Assembly: GCA_001949185.1 (NCBI GenBank)
Contig: BDGG01000008.1
Coordinates: 1,178,001-1,242,000, forward strand
Source of the DNA: Ramazzottius varieornatus
Taxonomy: Eukaryota > Animalia > Tardigrada
Direction of reading: 5' to 3'
DNA: 64,000 bases
The position numbers and the translations under genes are program-made. Shown here one piece after another: positions 13,110-26,578 of the stretch (position 1 is the first letter of the stretch; the number at the start of each line of letters is the position of its first letter). The notes under the pieces were generated by a model. It was given only the letters and a program-made list of their open reading frames with translations, was not told where the DNA came from and did no database searches.

Positions 13110-13691
13110 TTAGGCCGCGTTAACTAGTTCGGACTTAGGAGACTGCAAAACCTCATACTTATACTTGATGCCGTTCTCTTCCTGGTCGGTTTCAGACACT
13201 CTGGGATCCTTGACAGCCTCCAACTTATCCAGTTTCGCAACCGGAAAGAAAGCATCACATTCGAAATGACCGTAAATGCGAGTAAAGTAGACACGGTCGA
13301 GCTGAGGCGACTCCATGGCATAACTGTAGACTCGTTCGCCACCAATCATCCAAACTTTCTCCACTTGTTCCAAGAGAGGTGAGGAAGACAGCAAGACCAA
13401 AGCGTCCTCGACTGATCCCACCACGTAACAAGGAGGCTTGAGCTCCGACAAGGTAGTGCTGATCACGACGTTGATTCTGTTTTTCAAAGGACGGTGATTT
13501 TCCGGAATGGCAAACCAGGTCTTGCGGCCCATCACCACCGCGTTCTTCTTTTGGGGATCGGACGTCTCGGTCGTCAGCTGCGCGAACTGCTTCATGTCCC
13601 CTTTCAGAGTCCATGGCAGAGCATCCTTGTAGCCGATTCCTCCATTCTCGCAGGCTGCCACGATCACGTTGAACTTTCTGATGTTGCTCAT
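13110..13691 (-). CDS. DHFR: Dihydrofolate reductase (intronless CDS)
   Basis: IVAACENGGIG, LPW, NAVVMGRKTW, RPLKNRINVVIS, IGG, CDAFFP, EENGIKYKYEV. Confidence 0.97.
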   Translation of the reverse strand: MSNIRKFNVIVAACENGGIGYKDALPWTLKGDMKQFAQLTTETSDPQKKNAVVMGRKTWFAIPENHRPLKNRINVVISTTLSELKPPCYVVGSVEDALVLLSSSPLLEQVEKVWMIGGERVYSYAMESPQLDRVYFTRIYGHFECDAFFPVAKLDKLEAVKDPRVSETDQEENGIKYKYEVLQSPKSELVNAA

Positions 13692-14494
13692 GGCTGACAG
13701 AAAACTTCTCCCTGGTGAGCCTGGTTGAGAAGGATGCGGTGCAACAGGCAACAGCTGACCGTCGTGCGTCCAAGTTGCTCCAACCTATAAAATGCAGACA
13801 ATCTTTAACACGTAAACATCCATTGTCTCTGCCATAGCATCCACTTACTGGTAAGGCTGGGATTTTTCCAGGTCTTTGAAAAAAAGGCTTCCTTCCTGCA
13901 GGACGACGTAGACGGTTAGAAAGTGGACTTCGGTCGAAGGCTCGTAGCCGGTCAGATCACTCTGAGATGAAAAAATGAAAAGTGAAAAATAAAATAAAAC
14001 TGTTTTCCAAGTCGTCGCTGGCTCTGATCGTGGATTGCTTGATTGGGAGGGTGGTTCATGATGTCAAAAATGTCAAATTAGTTATTTCATATCCTACTTA
14101 TTACAAAGATCAGTGACGTCATGAGTCTGTTTAGAGTTTGTTTTGTTTTTTGATTGTGGCTGTTTGTGTCCCACAGACACATACTCCCAAACCCAAACTC
14201 CATTCATCCATCAGCTAAGTTAATCTTGAAAATGACAATCTGTGCTCCCTATCTTGATCGATCCTTGCCCCCAAATGCATCCTACGGCAACCTGGACCTT
14301 CCCGAGGCAAGAGCGGAACTGAGAGTCTGAGGGTTTCTTTCTGAATCTGGCTGACAGGCCTTCCGTCCGGATGAAGTTACTCTATTAGTGGTACTAGTAG
14401 TGTCACTACCGGGGGACTGACAGGCAGTATCCTCCGCTTCCCTAATCCTTCCACAGACGTTATTTGAGACTGTAGGCGACCTCGTGGAGCGATT

Positions 14495-17400
14495 ATGGCC
14501 GAAGAAAAGCCTGTCTCACCAGGCGTTAGCATGTCTTCTGCGGAGTTTGAGCAATATCAGGTACGGACATGCATGCAAGTTATCTGTTTTCTCCTAAGGA
14601 ATAAAGTTCCTCTCACTTTTCCACTGATGACGTGCGTCTATTCTGACATCCAGCGACAATTCCTCGAAGAGCGGACGGAGAAATACGCTCTGCTGGAGAA
14701 AGTAAAGAAACTAGAACAAGGTATCAAAAGACAGTCCGAAATTCTAACAAACGCACACTTAAGCTCCCAGTGGTCCCTCAACTTCCGGTGGTACCGTATG
14801 CATATGTTCTCCTGACCTGGAAAAACTGATTGCTCTTGCAGAAATTGGCAAGTTATCCGCCGTTGATAAACCGGACAAAGACCTCGATAAACTCCTCAAG
14901 GATAAAGTATGGAATGGACGGTTAATTGTTCTAATTCGACTTTTTTGTTACATGTGTATGTTTATGTAATGGTACAACGGGCGTTTTTCCATAGTTTCAA
15001 AAACCGCTGCAAAATTTCCTCTCTCGAGCAAAGAAGGATTCCGAATCAGACAGTATCCACAACGAAAACGAATCTCTACAGAAGAGACTCCTGAGTCAAG
15101 AACAGGACTTCCAGCGACAGAATACATTACTGATGCAAGAACTTCAACAAGTTATCGCGAGAAACGAAGAACTCGAAAGACTTTTAGCGCAGTCTCGTTA
15201 TGCAGCTGACAACGTTGACGCTTTCCAAGTGGAGACGCGGGAGCATACCTTGACGAACGAGCAGTCTTTCTACCAAACGCCCTCCTCTTCGTTCGACGGC
15301 AAAGCACGGAAAGAGGTTTTCGAAGAAGCTGCCCACGAAACATCCCAAGTTGAAGTGGAGCTGATCGCCGCGAGGGAAGAAATCCGATCGCTCCATGCGA
15401 AACTGGAAGAATCAACCGTAAGAAGCCTCATTCCCCACTTAGTGAACAGTATTTACCAAGAAGTTGTTGCTCTCCAGGTGGAAAAGGAGCGTGTGGTGGC
15501 GGGACTGGAGGCAACAATGGCCACCATCGTCAGAGACTTGGAGCATAAGCAGAACACCATACAGACTCTCTTGACCGAACGCGAAGACATTCAGCGGAGT
15601 TACACCGAAAGGATTAACGCCCTCGTGTCAGAAAAGGAAAGTGTACGGATGTCCTCCAGAACAGAGTTAGAGAAACTGCGAGCTGAAAACAACGAGATGC
15701 GCAACGTGAGTTAATTTTGTCCTTTACTAGTATTAATTTTCGATTAGGCCGTCTCTCTACGAAATTTCCTAGAAAATTTTTCCAAAGTCTCGAAGACTTC
15801 AGAACCCGATTGAGTGGCTGAGGCGAACTATCAATATTTAACTTGGCAACTCTGTTTCGGATAATCAGATACCCTTCCATCGTGTAAGGGCGGTTTTTCC
15901 CTTGCAGACGGTGGAAGAAGAGCGAGTAATGTCCAGGACCCGCATCGAGGATGTGGAGCGTCAGATGAAAGACTTGCTCGAGCAGATGGACGTGACAAGC
16001 CGCCAGACACAGAGAGATACTGATGAGCTCCTCTCAGAACACAAGATCCAAATCGCGGCTTTACTCCAACAAGTCGAAACCTTGACTGCCGAAAAGACTG
16101 CTCTAGAAGAGTCTGTGTCTCGAAACAGTCAGGTTTTTGCCGCTTTGCAAGAAGAGAACTCGCGCCATCAGTCGTCGCAACAAGAGCTGACACGGCTGGC
16201 CGAGAAACGAAAAGCGACTATCGACGACTTAACGGCACATCTGGAGGACCTCAGGACCCACCATGCAGCGGAACTGAAGACTAAAATTAGTGAACTGAAT
16301 ACAGTGATCGAAGGCAAGAATGGGGAACTGATAACTCTTGCAGAAGAAGCTCGTGAGGTTGTGGGATTGACGGCCGATGTAACGAGGTTGAGAGCAGTGA
16401 CCACTGATTTGATCCACGAGAAAGGTGAGACAATGAAATATTTCTTATCTGAAACGTAGAAAAAGAAACTGGATCCAAACCGTTCTTACTAGTGGCGCAC
16501 TTTTTCACACAACAACACTTTGAGAAAACAGTCATATTCGAACAGATCGTCTTCCCAAGTGGCGCATGCTTCCAGCCAGTAATACAAGATACATGCGTCA
16601 CTCAACTGTATAACAATTTCCTGGAGTTCGTTTTCCGATCTCGCTGACATTCGTGCTAACTTTTACCGGTAACACTTCTACTTTTAGAACACTTGGATGC
16701 GCAACTGGAAGACGTGAAGACGTCGTTGGCGAGCCTGCAAGAATCTTCCGAGAGGAAACTGACCGAGGCAAAGACGACAATTGAGAAACTGACCGAAGAA
16801 CTGACCGTGATTAGAACCTCGAACGAACAGCTCGAAGCGTTGTGGAGAGAAGAAAAAGAAGTTTTGACTTCGAGCTATACGAAGCAGATCGCTGAACGGG
16901 AACAGAAGATTCTCGATCATGCGGAAGAAATCAAGATAGTGGAGCGGAAGCACACTGGTGTTGCTCGGGATCTGCAGAAACAGCTGCAGTCCGAGAAGAA
17001 ACGGGTGGAGAAACTGCAGAATAAGCTAAACGAGCTTCTTCGTGACGGTAAATGCAAAATTTCTGAAAGAAATTTCAACTAGATATTAGATGAATTAGTT
17101 CACCGAATTTTGTACGGAAATATTGATTGTCTTAGATTTGGGATATTTGTTCAAGACTGAATCCGGAACAATGACAAATTATTCTTGAGTGTTACAGGAA
17201 AGTTGAGGATCGGTCAAGCTGACGACTCGACGGACTTTACGGAAAAAGAAGAGACCGGAAGTGTGTCGTCGTGGAGCTTCGTGTCGGCCAAGAGTGCCTC
17301 GAAGAGAGCTGGACCTCACGGTGACGCTGCCTCCATCAGCTCCAAAACCGAAACCGAAACCGGCGGATTAGCCGCTAGCATGACCGAGGAGGAAGTCCGT

Positions 17401-18051
17401 GACCTGTTCATCAGGATCACCAAGCTACAGCAAGAAAAAGCATCTCTTGCGGAAAGAGTGATCATGCTGGAAAGCGGGAATGCTTCCATGGCGAATGATC
17501 TGAAGAATAAGTCAGCCTTGATCGAAACCTTCCTCCGGTCCACACCAGGTAAGAAACCTTAGTCAAGTTCATTTCGACCAAATGGGAGGTCGACAAGCGA
17601 AGCTTGAAAGGCAGTTATCCGAAGTAGCGCACGTTCACACTGTCATTGGATGGAAGCGTGCGCCAGTTAAAACAACGATCTTGTACGTTTCGTTCAGCGG
17701 TCTCCCAAATGTCAAACTACTTTGTGCTCTTCTCTAATGATCGTCTAATTTTTTATAGTGCTCGGATATCAGGGACAGTCAGCTAAAGATACAGATCTGT
17801 TTTCCCTACGGTCCGTGGTGGAGCGGTTAGGGAAGGATAAGTCCGTCGATGTGGATATGCAGAAGAGCCTGAGGCATCTCTTGGAAGAAACCCTGACCAA
17901 GAACATTCATCTGCAAAAGGTAAATAGCATTGCCTTTGCGTTTCTCAACTGCAACGAAAGCAACTCAACCCATGGCTTTTCTTTGTAGAATATGGAGTTG
18001 CTGACGGAAGAACTGGATCGTCTTCGCGGGTCAACGCCGCCTCGACAATGA
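14495..18051 (+). CDS. GRIPAP1: GRIP1-associated protein 1 (GRASP-1), long coiled coil, multi-exon
   Basis: N-terminal SSAEFEQYQ-RQFLEERT and NESLQKRLLSQEQDFQRQNTLLMQEL; C-terminal LRHLLEETLTKNIHLQKNMELLTEELDRL. Confidence 0.85.
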
Positions 18052-18947
18052 CGCTAAGTCAAAGTCTTTGTACAAATATTCCGGTTAGGTCATTTTTTTA
18101 TTTTATGGTGGATTGAAGTTGTAGAGATTAGGCTGCTGTTTTATACGGGCATTCTTCGGTTTATCTAGAAGGTTTGCCGACCAAGGGCAGCTAAAATTCC
18201 GAGTGATCTAGTAATGTTCCGGTGCTCACAGTATCTGAAAGATGGCAAGGACTTGCTCTTACGAATTCTGCGCCATCTTTTCGCTGTTCTATTGAATTTG
18301 TCAGTTTTTTCGATCGTGTGTTATGTTTAGGTCGCCATAAGTCGTCAGGACGGATATCTTTAGAAGAGTAATCGAGACGAGTTATTGTCCGAGGCTTGAA
18401 ATCGCGTACAATAGAGCGAGCTTCGCTCGCGGCTTTGCGAATCATGGCTTACGGGAGAACTCTGGTGGTGATGCAACACCGAAGAACCGTGTAGTGTATG
18501 AGAATGTAAAAAGTTTCCTATTCGAGACAGGATACAAGTACACAAGCTCAGATAAGCTCAATCGCGCGCTGATCCACCCGAATTTTCGGACGATCCGATC
18601 TCTCGGTTCATTCCAGCTCCGATTGTTTTGTCCTGAAGGTCGCCGCTGGCCGCCAGCGGCTGGCGGTAGAAAGTTTTGCACGCTTTTATGAATAGTGCCC
18701 GCCGACGAAACCTATTTTGCTTCAGGCTGTCGTTGTTTACTTTACTTTGCGGCCTCCCGGGCCTTGACAAAGCGGAGGTCTCGAAGTTTCGGCTTAGACC
18801 ATCAGAAGTTCTTCAGTTGCTTCAGACTTCTGCTAGCGAGCGATTAGATCTGGGTACTAACACCCGCGTCGCTGCCGTTTCCTTTAATCGTTTTTACTGC
18901 CCATGTACATTACTTTTGTGAACGAGGAAGGTACGTATCACGACAGA

Positions 18948-21900
18948 ATGCCTCACCTCTCAAGTGTCGAGAAGGTTATGGCCAAGCACGTCGATGCAGA
19001 CGCAGAGGACCAACTGGAACCCGGAACCAGGATGACTCCCGACCTCCTCAGCAATGTGGCATCGGAATCTTCCGCCAAGGAAACTGGGTCCGTCAGCAAC
19101 ACCAGCACTTCCTCCAGTCTTCGTCGTGCACCTATTCGCATGCAAACGGACAACTACATGCGACTTCTGGTAGGTGACAGCAATTATTCGGAGCTCAGGA
19201 GCTGGGCAAATGCATCGAACCGCATCGTCTGCAACTGACGCACGTTCCGGTCGTTTTCACTGAAAGCGTGCGCCACTTGCGAAAAGGATGTTGTTCAACT
19301 CCACTGTTGGAATTAGTGTTGAAAAGAAGTTTGACCAATCGTCTTTGGTCAAATTATTGACCATTGGTCAAAATTTCGACCAAAAAGTTGGTCAAAGGTC
19401 ATGAAGCCGACCAAATTATTGACCATTTGACAATTTTTCATTGACCAAATTCGGACAAAAGGTTGACTAGTTGGCTGACCAAGCTTGGTCAAATCCACTC
19501 TAGTTAGAACTATTGTTCATAACTACTTTTCCTAGGTCAACAAGACAAAGGTCGGCTTGCAACGACAAATTTCAACCCCGACGCCGTCCCAATTCAACAA
19601 GCTGGAAGGAGAAACTCAGCTAGTGTCTACAGTGAACACTGAGGACACGGAAGGAGGTACAGAGAGACGACGGAAAAAACCCGAGCCAGCTGTACGTCCA
19701 TACAGCAGCCTGCGTACCGCCAAAACTATGTCCAGTTTCGCACCAGCGTTAAGTCGGGCACCATCGGCGGCTGATGTCGAACCCAATGTCTGGAATACTC
19801 CACCCGGCCGGAAACCTGGGTACGAACTGAAGGAGGAAGTTCGACAAATAGTACCTTTACCCCGAGTCAACAGCAGTGTCGAAACCTCCAGCACAACCAC
19901 ACAAGTCGCACCTCAGGATCCTGCCACTCGATCCATTCGAGACATGCCTTTGCCCATCGATGAAGCTCGTCTCCAAGCCACGAAAGACGAAGTCCGTAAA
20001 ATTCTCTTCGGACCAAAACTGACCAACGGCACATCCTCGAGCTCCACTAAATCCAATACTACACCTCCGGTGGACAGACGCCCGCCCTTCGTGATCAACG
20101 GTGTCCCGCAGACTATACCACGAGTGCCCAGTAACATTCGGAAAAATACTAGTATGGTTGGCCTATCTCAAGCGAACAACAGTAGCAGTAACCTACCTCG
20201 GATAGCCAGTAGCACTAGCAAGGGAGACCTGAAAACGACAGAAAAGTCATCGGGACTGAAGACCCAACCATCTCAAAATACCCTGGCAGTACCCACCTTC
20301 CAGCTGAAACCCAGAGTCTCTGAACTGTCCTTGAAGGAGCTTCTCGAAGTGCCGTCCCATTCGAACCCGGAAGTGGAGGAAGAGCTGCAGCGCATGCTTG
20401 TGGCCAAGAGTCCTGTGAACACGAGACACTCATTCGCCGACCGGCTTTCCGCCTCGATGAAGAACTCTAACAGTCTCGCTCACGAGCTGGAGCAGGCTGC
20501 CAAGTCCCACCAGCTATTGAGTGACGTTGAAAGCGAGGAGGACCACTCGGAGCAGTCTTTGCCGCCACTGCTGCCCATGGTGTCGGGAGGCTACCGTCCC
20601 GTCTTCAACTGGAACGACGAAGGCATCCAGAGTTTTTCGTTTCTCGACAAAGGCCGCATCAACAACAGCTCGGCGGTATCAATCACCGAAGAACCTACTG
20701 TCCACTTGTCGCCGCAAGATATACCCCGCGAACTTCCTGACTACGCCAAGAACTTGCGACTGAGCGATATACGGGTAAGTCGAACTCAACTTTGGTGTGC
20801 TTAACTTGTTCATTGCATGGTAAAGTATTAAAACAAGACATACCGCGCTTTTGCGCAACATGGTCACAGTGTACGTAGCTTCTAGCGCAAAAATACTACC
20901 TTGCGGCTGGCATTGACTTTGTTTCTATCGTACACTTTGGCTACAACAGAGTTAACACTTACAGCACGAAGGTTTTCACGTTCGCAAAATACCACCGTTC
21001 TCTTTGTGAGTACAAGACTTTGGTTGGCTAAGGTAATGCAAAGGAGGCAGGGCCAGCCAATAGATAATTTAAGAAATTTAGAAATTTCGAAGATTGGCAG
21101 GCCGTGGAGTTCAACCTGGGGAAAGTAGTCCTTGCCATTTTGATTTTCTCTAAAGCATTCCGATGACAAGAAAATTTGTCCCAGGCTTGGTTTCGGTAAA
21201 GGGAATTGTCCTCACTGTTTCAGACTTTTTCAGAACGAGTGTTGCGTATGTGCCTCCAGTAAGAGAACGAAGACTGAAATACCACCGAAACCACCCGAAA
21301 TTGTAAAACTTTTTGCTAGCGTTCTGCGTTTTCGCTGACCACTGGTCATTAATCTCAACTTAATGAAAAGATCGAGTTGCAGGCAAACAAAAAATCCCCA
21401 ACCCGAAAGACCAAAAGCTAAAATCGGGAGGCGAGTGAAACTGACACATTGTACTCACAATGAGTACGGTCGTGCTACAAGTGTTAAACGGGTCATAAAT
21501 TACCGAAGCTGCAATCTAAAGGTTTCGTACTGTTCTAGGAACAATTGGAGGACATTCAACTGACACTCAAAAGCTTGAACGAGAATATTGCCAGTATGGG
21601 AACCAAAACCCGCCGTGGTTCTCGATGTAAGAAACTATATGAGCTTTGCAACGATAGTCAAGTTAGCAAGAGGTGACAAAAGTAACATGGCATTAATTTT
21701 ATCATCAGACACTCATGAAATGTCAGTCGCAAATACAGCTGTGAAAGGACCGCGAGACAAATCAGCTTTAAAAAATTTGCCTGAGGTTGAAACAGCAAGA
21801 ATGAAGTCCGGACAAGAAAAACAAAGAAACTCGACGAGCAAAAGTGGCCAAAGATTCGCACATCCTGTTGTTGATAGCTCGTGGAACCCGACGTTTGACG

Positions 21901-22884
21901 AGTTGGAAGCGGTAAGGCCAACAGACTAAATTTACCCCGAACGGCGCTGGTTCTACAATAGTCATACGGTAGGAGTGTACGTAATGCTCTACCTTTTGGC
22001 CATAGTACCTCTCTCGAATGTTTCGCCGCGGCAAAGCCTCAAAAACCGACCTCGTTCGTGCTCAAGATCGGGTGAAGTCGTTGGAGAAACAGCTGTACCG
22101 CCATTCGCGGGATGTCCGTCGGTATCAAGAACAGCAGAGCGAAAGCATAGCCCAACTGGTGAAGAAACATGAGAAATTACAGCTGCTGATTCTTGGCGAA
22201 GAAGAGAGCAACATCCACACTGAGGTCTTCTCCGACGTTGAGGTATCTATCAACATGCAATTTCAAACTTTCGATGCTGGTCCTAATACTTTCTGAGGGC
22301 TGGGCAAGCAAAATTTACAACATTCATGGGTTACACAAAGTGGCGCACGTTTTCCATGTTGTTGGCTGGTCGATTGCGCCGCTGAAGCTAACCATCGTCA
22401 GCGTTTCGTTTGCTCAGCGCTCCCATGTGACGAACGTATTTGGTTCTAGCTGACATTGAAGGCAGGGGCTTCGGCAAGCACCACCCAGAAGTCATTGTCC
22501 GAACTAAAAACTGACTCACCGGAGCCGAAACAAAACATTTTGTCGAAAGACCCTTCCAGAAAGTCTTTCCGGGAGAAAGTCGAGAATGCTCAACCGTCTG
22601 CTGCTGTAAAGCCTCCAGTACGAGTCACGATTCTTTCCATGGCAGCGACCCATCCAAAACTAACATCGAACCTGAAAGACACAGGTAGCATGCTCACGAT
22701 TCCGTCCAAAGACGCAATAATATTGCAGACTATCGAAAGCACGCTCGGGAGAAACCGAGCTGGGGTGCTGTCGGTCCTTGACGGTCTCACGATCGAGCAA
22801 CAAGAACTAAAATCATATTCTGTTCTCCAGGCTATTCTTTCCCGCCTCGACCACGTGAAGACCGAAAAGTCCCGTATTGAATGA
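18948..22884 (+). CDS. Unknown S/T/P-rich disordered plus coiled-coil protein, paralog A; exons ~18948-19169, 19536-20773, 21539-21626, ~21709-21911, ~22006-22241, 22450-22884
   Basis: Long ORFs joined in phase by GT-AG introns; motifs shared with paralog B. Confidence 0.7.
19314..19502. mobile_element. hAT-like MITE with internal TTGACCA/TGGTCAA repeats in intron 1 of paralog A
   Basis: Ends TAGTGTTG.../...CCACTCTA; degenerate 8-bp TSD GTTGGAAT/GTTAGAAC. Confidence 0.55.
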
Positions 22885-23595
22885 GACACCTCAGGATGTC
22901 CTCACTAAAATGCACCATATTCAGAAGGTAACTTTATGCTTTTCAGACTGGAAGTCTTCGGGTAGCTAAGCCAATTTTTGTCAGCCGCCTTTTTGTCGTT
23001 GCAGAGCCAGACTCTCCTCGTGGAAAATATGTGGCGCCGCCTGAGATGTCTAGTTGCCACTTTCGCTTCCGAAGTACACGTGTACCGGTAATGGCCGGTC
23101 CCAATTCACTAGCTCTGGACGTAATACGCACCACTAAGCTCTCAACACACTCCTCATACTCTCAGAAATGCAAAGACAGTTTTGAAAATAGGTTTTAATG
23201 TCGGTTTCGGATCAGGTATCGTTCTGAGTGCCCCTTTTATCCCAATTTGCAATTTATAGTAGAGCTAATGACTTGAGAAAGACTCACGATCAACGTCATC
23301 ATGTTTTTGACGTCTGCGTTCAGACGCGACGGCATTATGGTGCGAAAATTCTCGAGTTTGATGGGCTTCATTACGTCGTCATTTGACACAAGCAAAGCAT
23401 GACCAATTTAGTCTCTAATCTCTTCATGAGGCGGCGTGGCAGCGAAATTTGCCTCGCTGTTGGCTACGCTAAGGGGTATGCTCTGCAGCGGCAAACCCCA
23501 TTTCGGCCGTTTAAGATCGAGGTCTACAGCAGCTCGTGTTGTCTCAGTCATATCTTCACTCCTTTTACCTGAGTTCAAAGTTGCTCCACGTCAAA

Positions 23596-25631
23596 ATGTC
23601 GCGTCGCGCAAGCGCCGAATTCGAACAGACCATAACGATGCTGCAGAAGGGAAATGACGTCCACCGCTTGGAGTCGAGTAATGCCGTGATCCCCGACATC
23701 ATTTCGGATATATCGGAGGAAACCCGAATGGAGAAGTCCACTTCCGCCTCTTCAAGTCCGGTAAGTGTAACCAATTTATCTAATGAGAAGTTTTACTCAC
23801 GGAATATTTTCAGGATATGAAGAAGGAGCGATCATCGAAGACCGGATTATTGACTGGATCGACGACCAAAAACCGATCGGGATACTCCTCGCCCACTAAA
23901 GAAGACAAAGAGGCCATAAGGAAGCCGGAGAAGCCAAAGGCGAAATCAACAGCCGTAGTGAAGACCACTAAACCTTTACAACTCAAAGCTTCCGCCCACC
24001 TCAGCAATGCGCCCATGTCCTTTATTCCTTTTACTGAAATTCGAGAGGGCATAGAGCAAGCTCGCCAGAGTTTGGAGACCAGGAAGGAGAGGGTCCGCCA
24101 GCTTCTCAGCCGGAACGAGCGAAGGTATGCCCAGTATCAGAGGGAAATATCTATGGAGCAAGTGGACTACAGAAAAGAACGGAAGAAAGATCGTGCGGGT
24201 AAAATTCAGCGATCAGTAAGCGCCGACAAGTTCGCACGCTCGAACAGCCGTCAAAATGCCAACCGGAAGTTGGCAAAATCCAAAACCGCACTGGGACTAA
24301 GTACGGACACAACAGCTTCCTCTCAATCAACCACTCAAGCCGTGCCTGTCTTCCGAGCGAAGGTGGAAGTCCATGAGGGTTCTCTGACCGAAAAGCGTGA
24401 AATAAAACCTGGAGCGTTTGAGCTTTCGCTGTCTCAACTGCTGGCGGTTCCATCCCTTCCTTATTCAGGAACCGAGACAGAGCTGAACCGCATGCTTGAA
24501 GACAGACCGTCCTACTTGCAAGGAAAGCTTACTGCTGATGCGAGTCGGTCATCTCTCCATGAAGATCGGACCCTGGTCAGCTTAGAAAGTTACGTGGAAG
24601 ATCCGATTTTCTCAACCTCCGGACAGAGTTCCATTTTCCAGTTAGGAGAGGGTCTAGAGTCTTTCCTAAATAGTCCATCTCACAGTGTCGAAAATCTCTC
24701 AGAGAGGTCTTTACCGCCGCTTCTGCCCATGGTTTCGGATGACTACCGCCCGATTTTTGGATGGAACGAGGAAGGCTGTCAAAGCTTTTCTTCTTTGTTG
24801 GACAACCCGAAGGTTAACAACATGTCCATGGCCTCAATCGCCAAAGAGCCTCATGTCCAGTTGCCGCCACCAGTGGAAGCTGGCATCAGCGCATACACCG
24901 GAAGTAATCGACTTGACTATATACGGGTAAGAAATCGGGACGTAGGCCGATGAGCTGGAATCACATTGTTATCTCAAGTGGCGCACGTTTACAATGTTGT
25001 TGGTAGGAAGTGTGCGCTAGTTGAGAAAACGATCTGGTTCAAATCATTTGCCCACGTCCCATTTATTATAGAACATAAACGTTGTTCGGAAATTCCTCAA
25101 GTAATGTTCATGGCCGATATTCATTTCCGTTTTTTGTACAGGAACAGTTGGAGGATCTGCACGAAATGACGAAATGTCTGGAGAAGAATACGGCCGGCAT
25201 GGTCCTTGACAAGATTACGGTAAGTGGACATGAGACGCCATCCGACAGACTTGACAGAAGGCCTAGCAAGATCGATCCGGTGGAAGTCATTGACAGCACT
25301 TGGAATCCCATATTCGATGAGTTGGAAACGGTACGCGTTCAGGTCGACACATAGACAGATGTGTGACCCTCTTAATAAGAAGCTTGGGCAGTGTTCGATT
25401 TTGCAGTACTTGGCAAAGAAATTTGGCGGAAAAAACAAAAGGGAAAAGCAGCTTGATGATGCCCAGAAGAGTGTTCGTTATATGGAAAAGCAACTCGCCC
25501 GGCAAGCGACCACCCTTGAGAAATATCGCGAGCAACAGAGGGAACTCATACTCCAGCTGTTGATGAAACAGGAAAGCCTGTTGCACGTCTTTCGCATGGC
25601 AGCGGTGGACGCGGGGGAGCTCGAGAAGTAA
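23596..25631 (+). CDS. Unknown protein, paralog B; exons 23596-23760, 23814-~24926, ~25142-25330, ~25406-25631
   Basis: Shares ELSL..LL.VPS, SLPPLLPMVS..YRP.F.WN.EG.QSFS, EQLED, DS.WNP.FDELE and the coiled-coil exon with paralog A; several intron positions coincide. Confidence 0.7.
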
Positions 25632-26578
25632 GGTTCTTGATCATATTAGGCTCCTCAATGGTTGGGCACATTGTGCTGTGAATATGGTCTAGAATGGGAC
25701 GCTTCAAGTAGTACGAGATACAACTAAATATAGTCTTGGTTCCAGCGCACTTTCTGGACACTGAAGAAGGGGCCGCGGCGGCTTATGACAGGCATGCAGC
25801 TTTCGCCGTGAACCAGAAAAGACACCTTTTCTCCCTGTTGAAACAATGTCTTATCGAACAATATATCAGCTTCATCCGACTGGAATTACGACGATTTGTC
25901 CAGAAAATATCGAACTTAGAAGGACAAACATTTAAAATTTGAACGCGTCTAATACTCATTTGCAAAGGAAACCGCTTAACGATTTTGCTGAATTTTTCTC
26001 CGGTACACTTGGCATTATCCCTCCGGGCTGATCATGTGGAATATGCGCATATCCGCTATCGGCTACGAATTTGCTGTCAACCGGTGAATCTTATTTTTGT
26101 GCAAATATGTACAAGTCAAAAACACCATTATCTCCAGTCCGTTGAAAAACTTCTTTCAAGTGCAGGCGGTGCTTCTCTGTCCATCGGTAACGTAAGTTCC
26201 GATAGTATTTCAGCCGTATTCCAAAAGTACAAAACCGACACCGGGCTGAAAATTAGCCAGAAGATTACAAAATTGAAAATCCTCTTCATTGGGAACTTAG
26301 GTGTGCTATATTATGTGGCTTTGTCAGATCATCTGGCGGACGTTTGTCAGTAGCGATAATGCTGGAAATGGAGCAAAAGAGAGCTGCTGTCGGCGGCGAT
26401 CAAAGCGCGATGAGCACTCCGGTCAACAAGCGAGCCCAGTCAACTGTGTATATATACCAATCGGGGATCGGAAACTTCCGCGTCACGGACGTAAATGCTG
26501 TGGGACAGTGCGACAATGCGTATTTATCGTAAGTCAATTAGTCGCTGACAGTTGAAGAGTATAACAGGATGCTTTTAG

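Noticed and set aside
13110-13691. Intronless DHFR as horizontal transfer or retrocopy
   Set aside because: The sequence is animal-type (EENGIKYKYEV tail) and there is an apparent 5'UTR intron near 13785-13848
21588-22296. Separate small ORFs (also 25082-25631) as independent genes or stop-codon readthrough
   Set aside because: In-phase GT-AG introns join them into paralogs A and B
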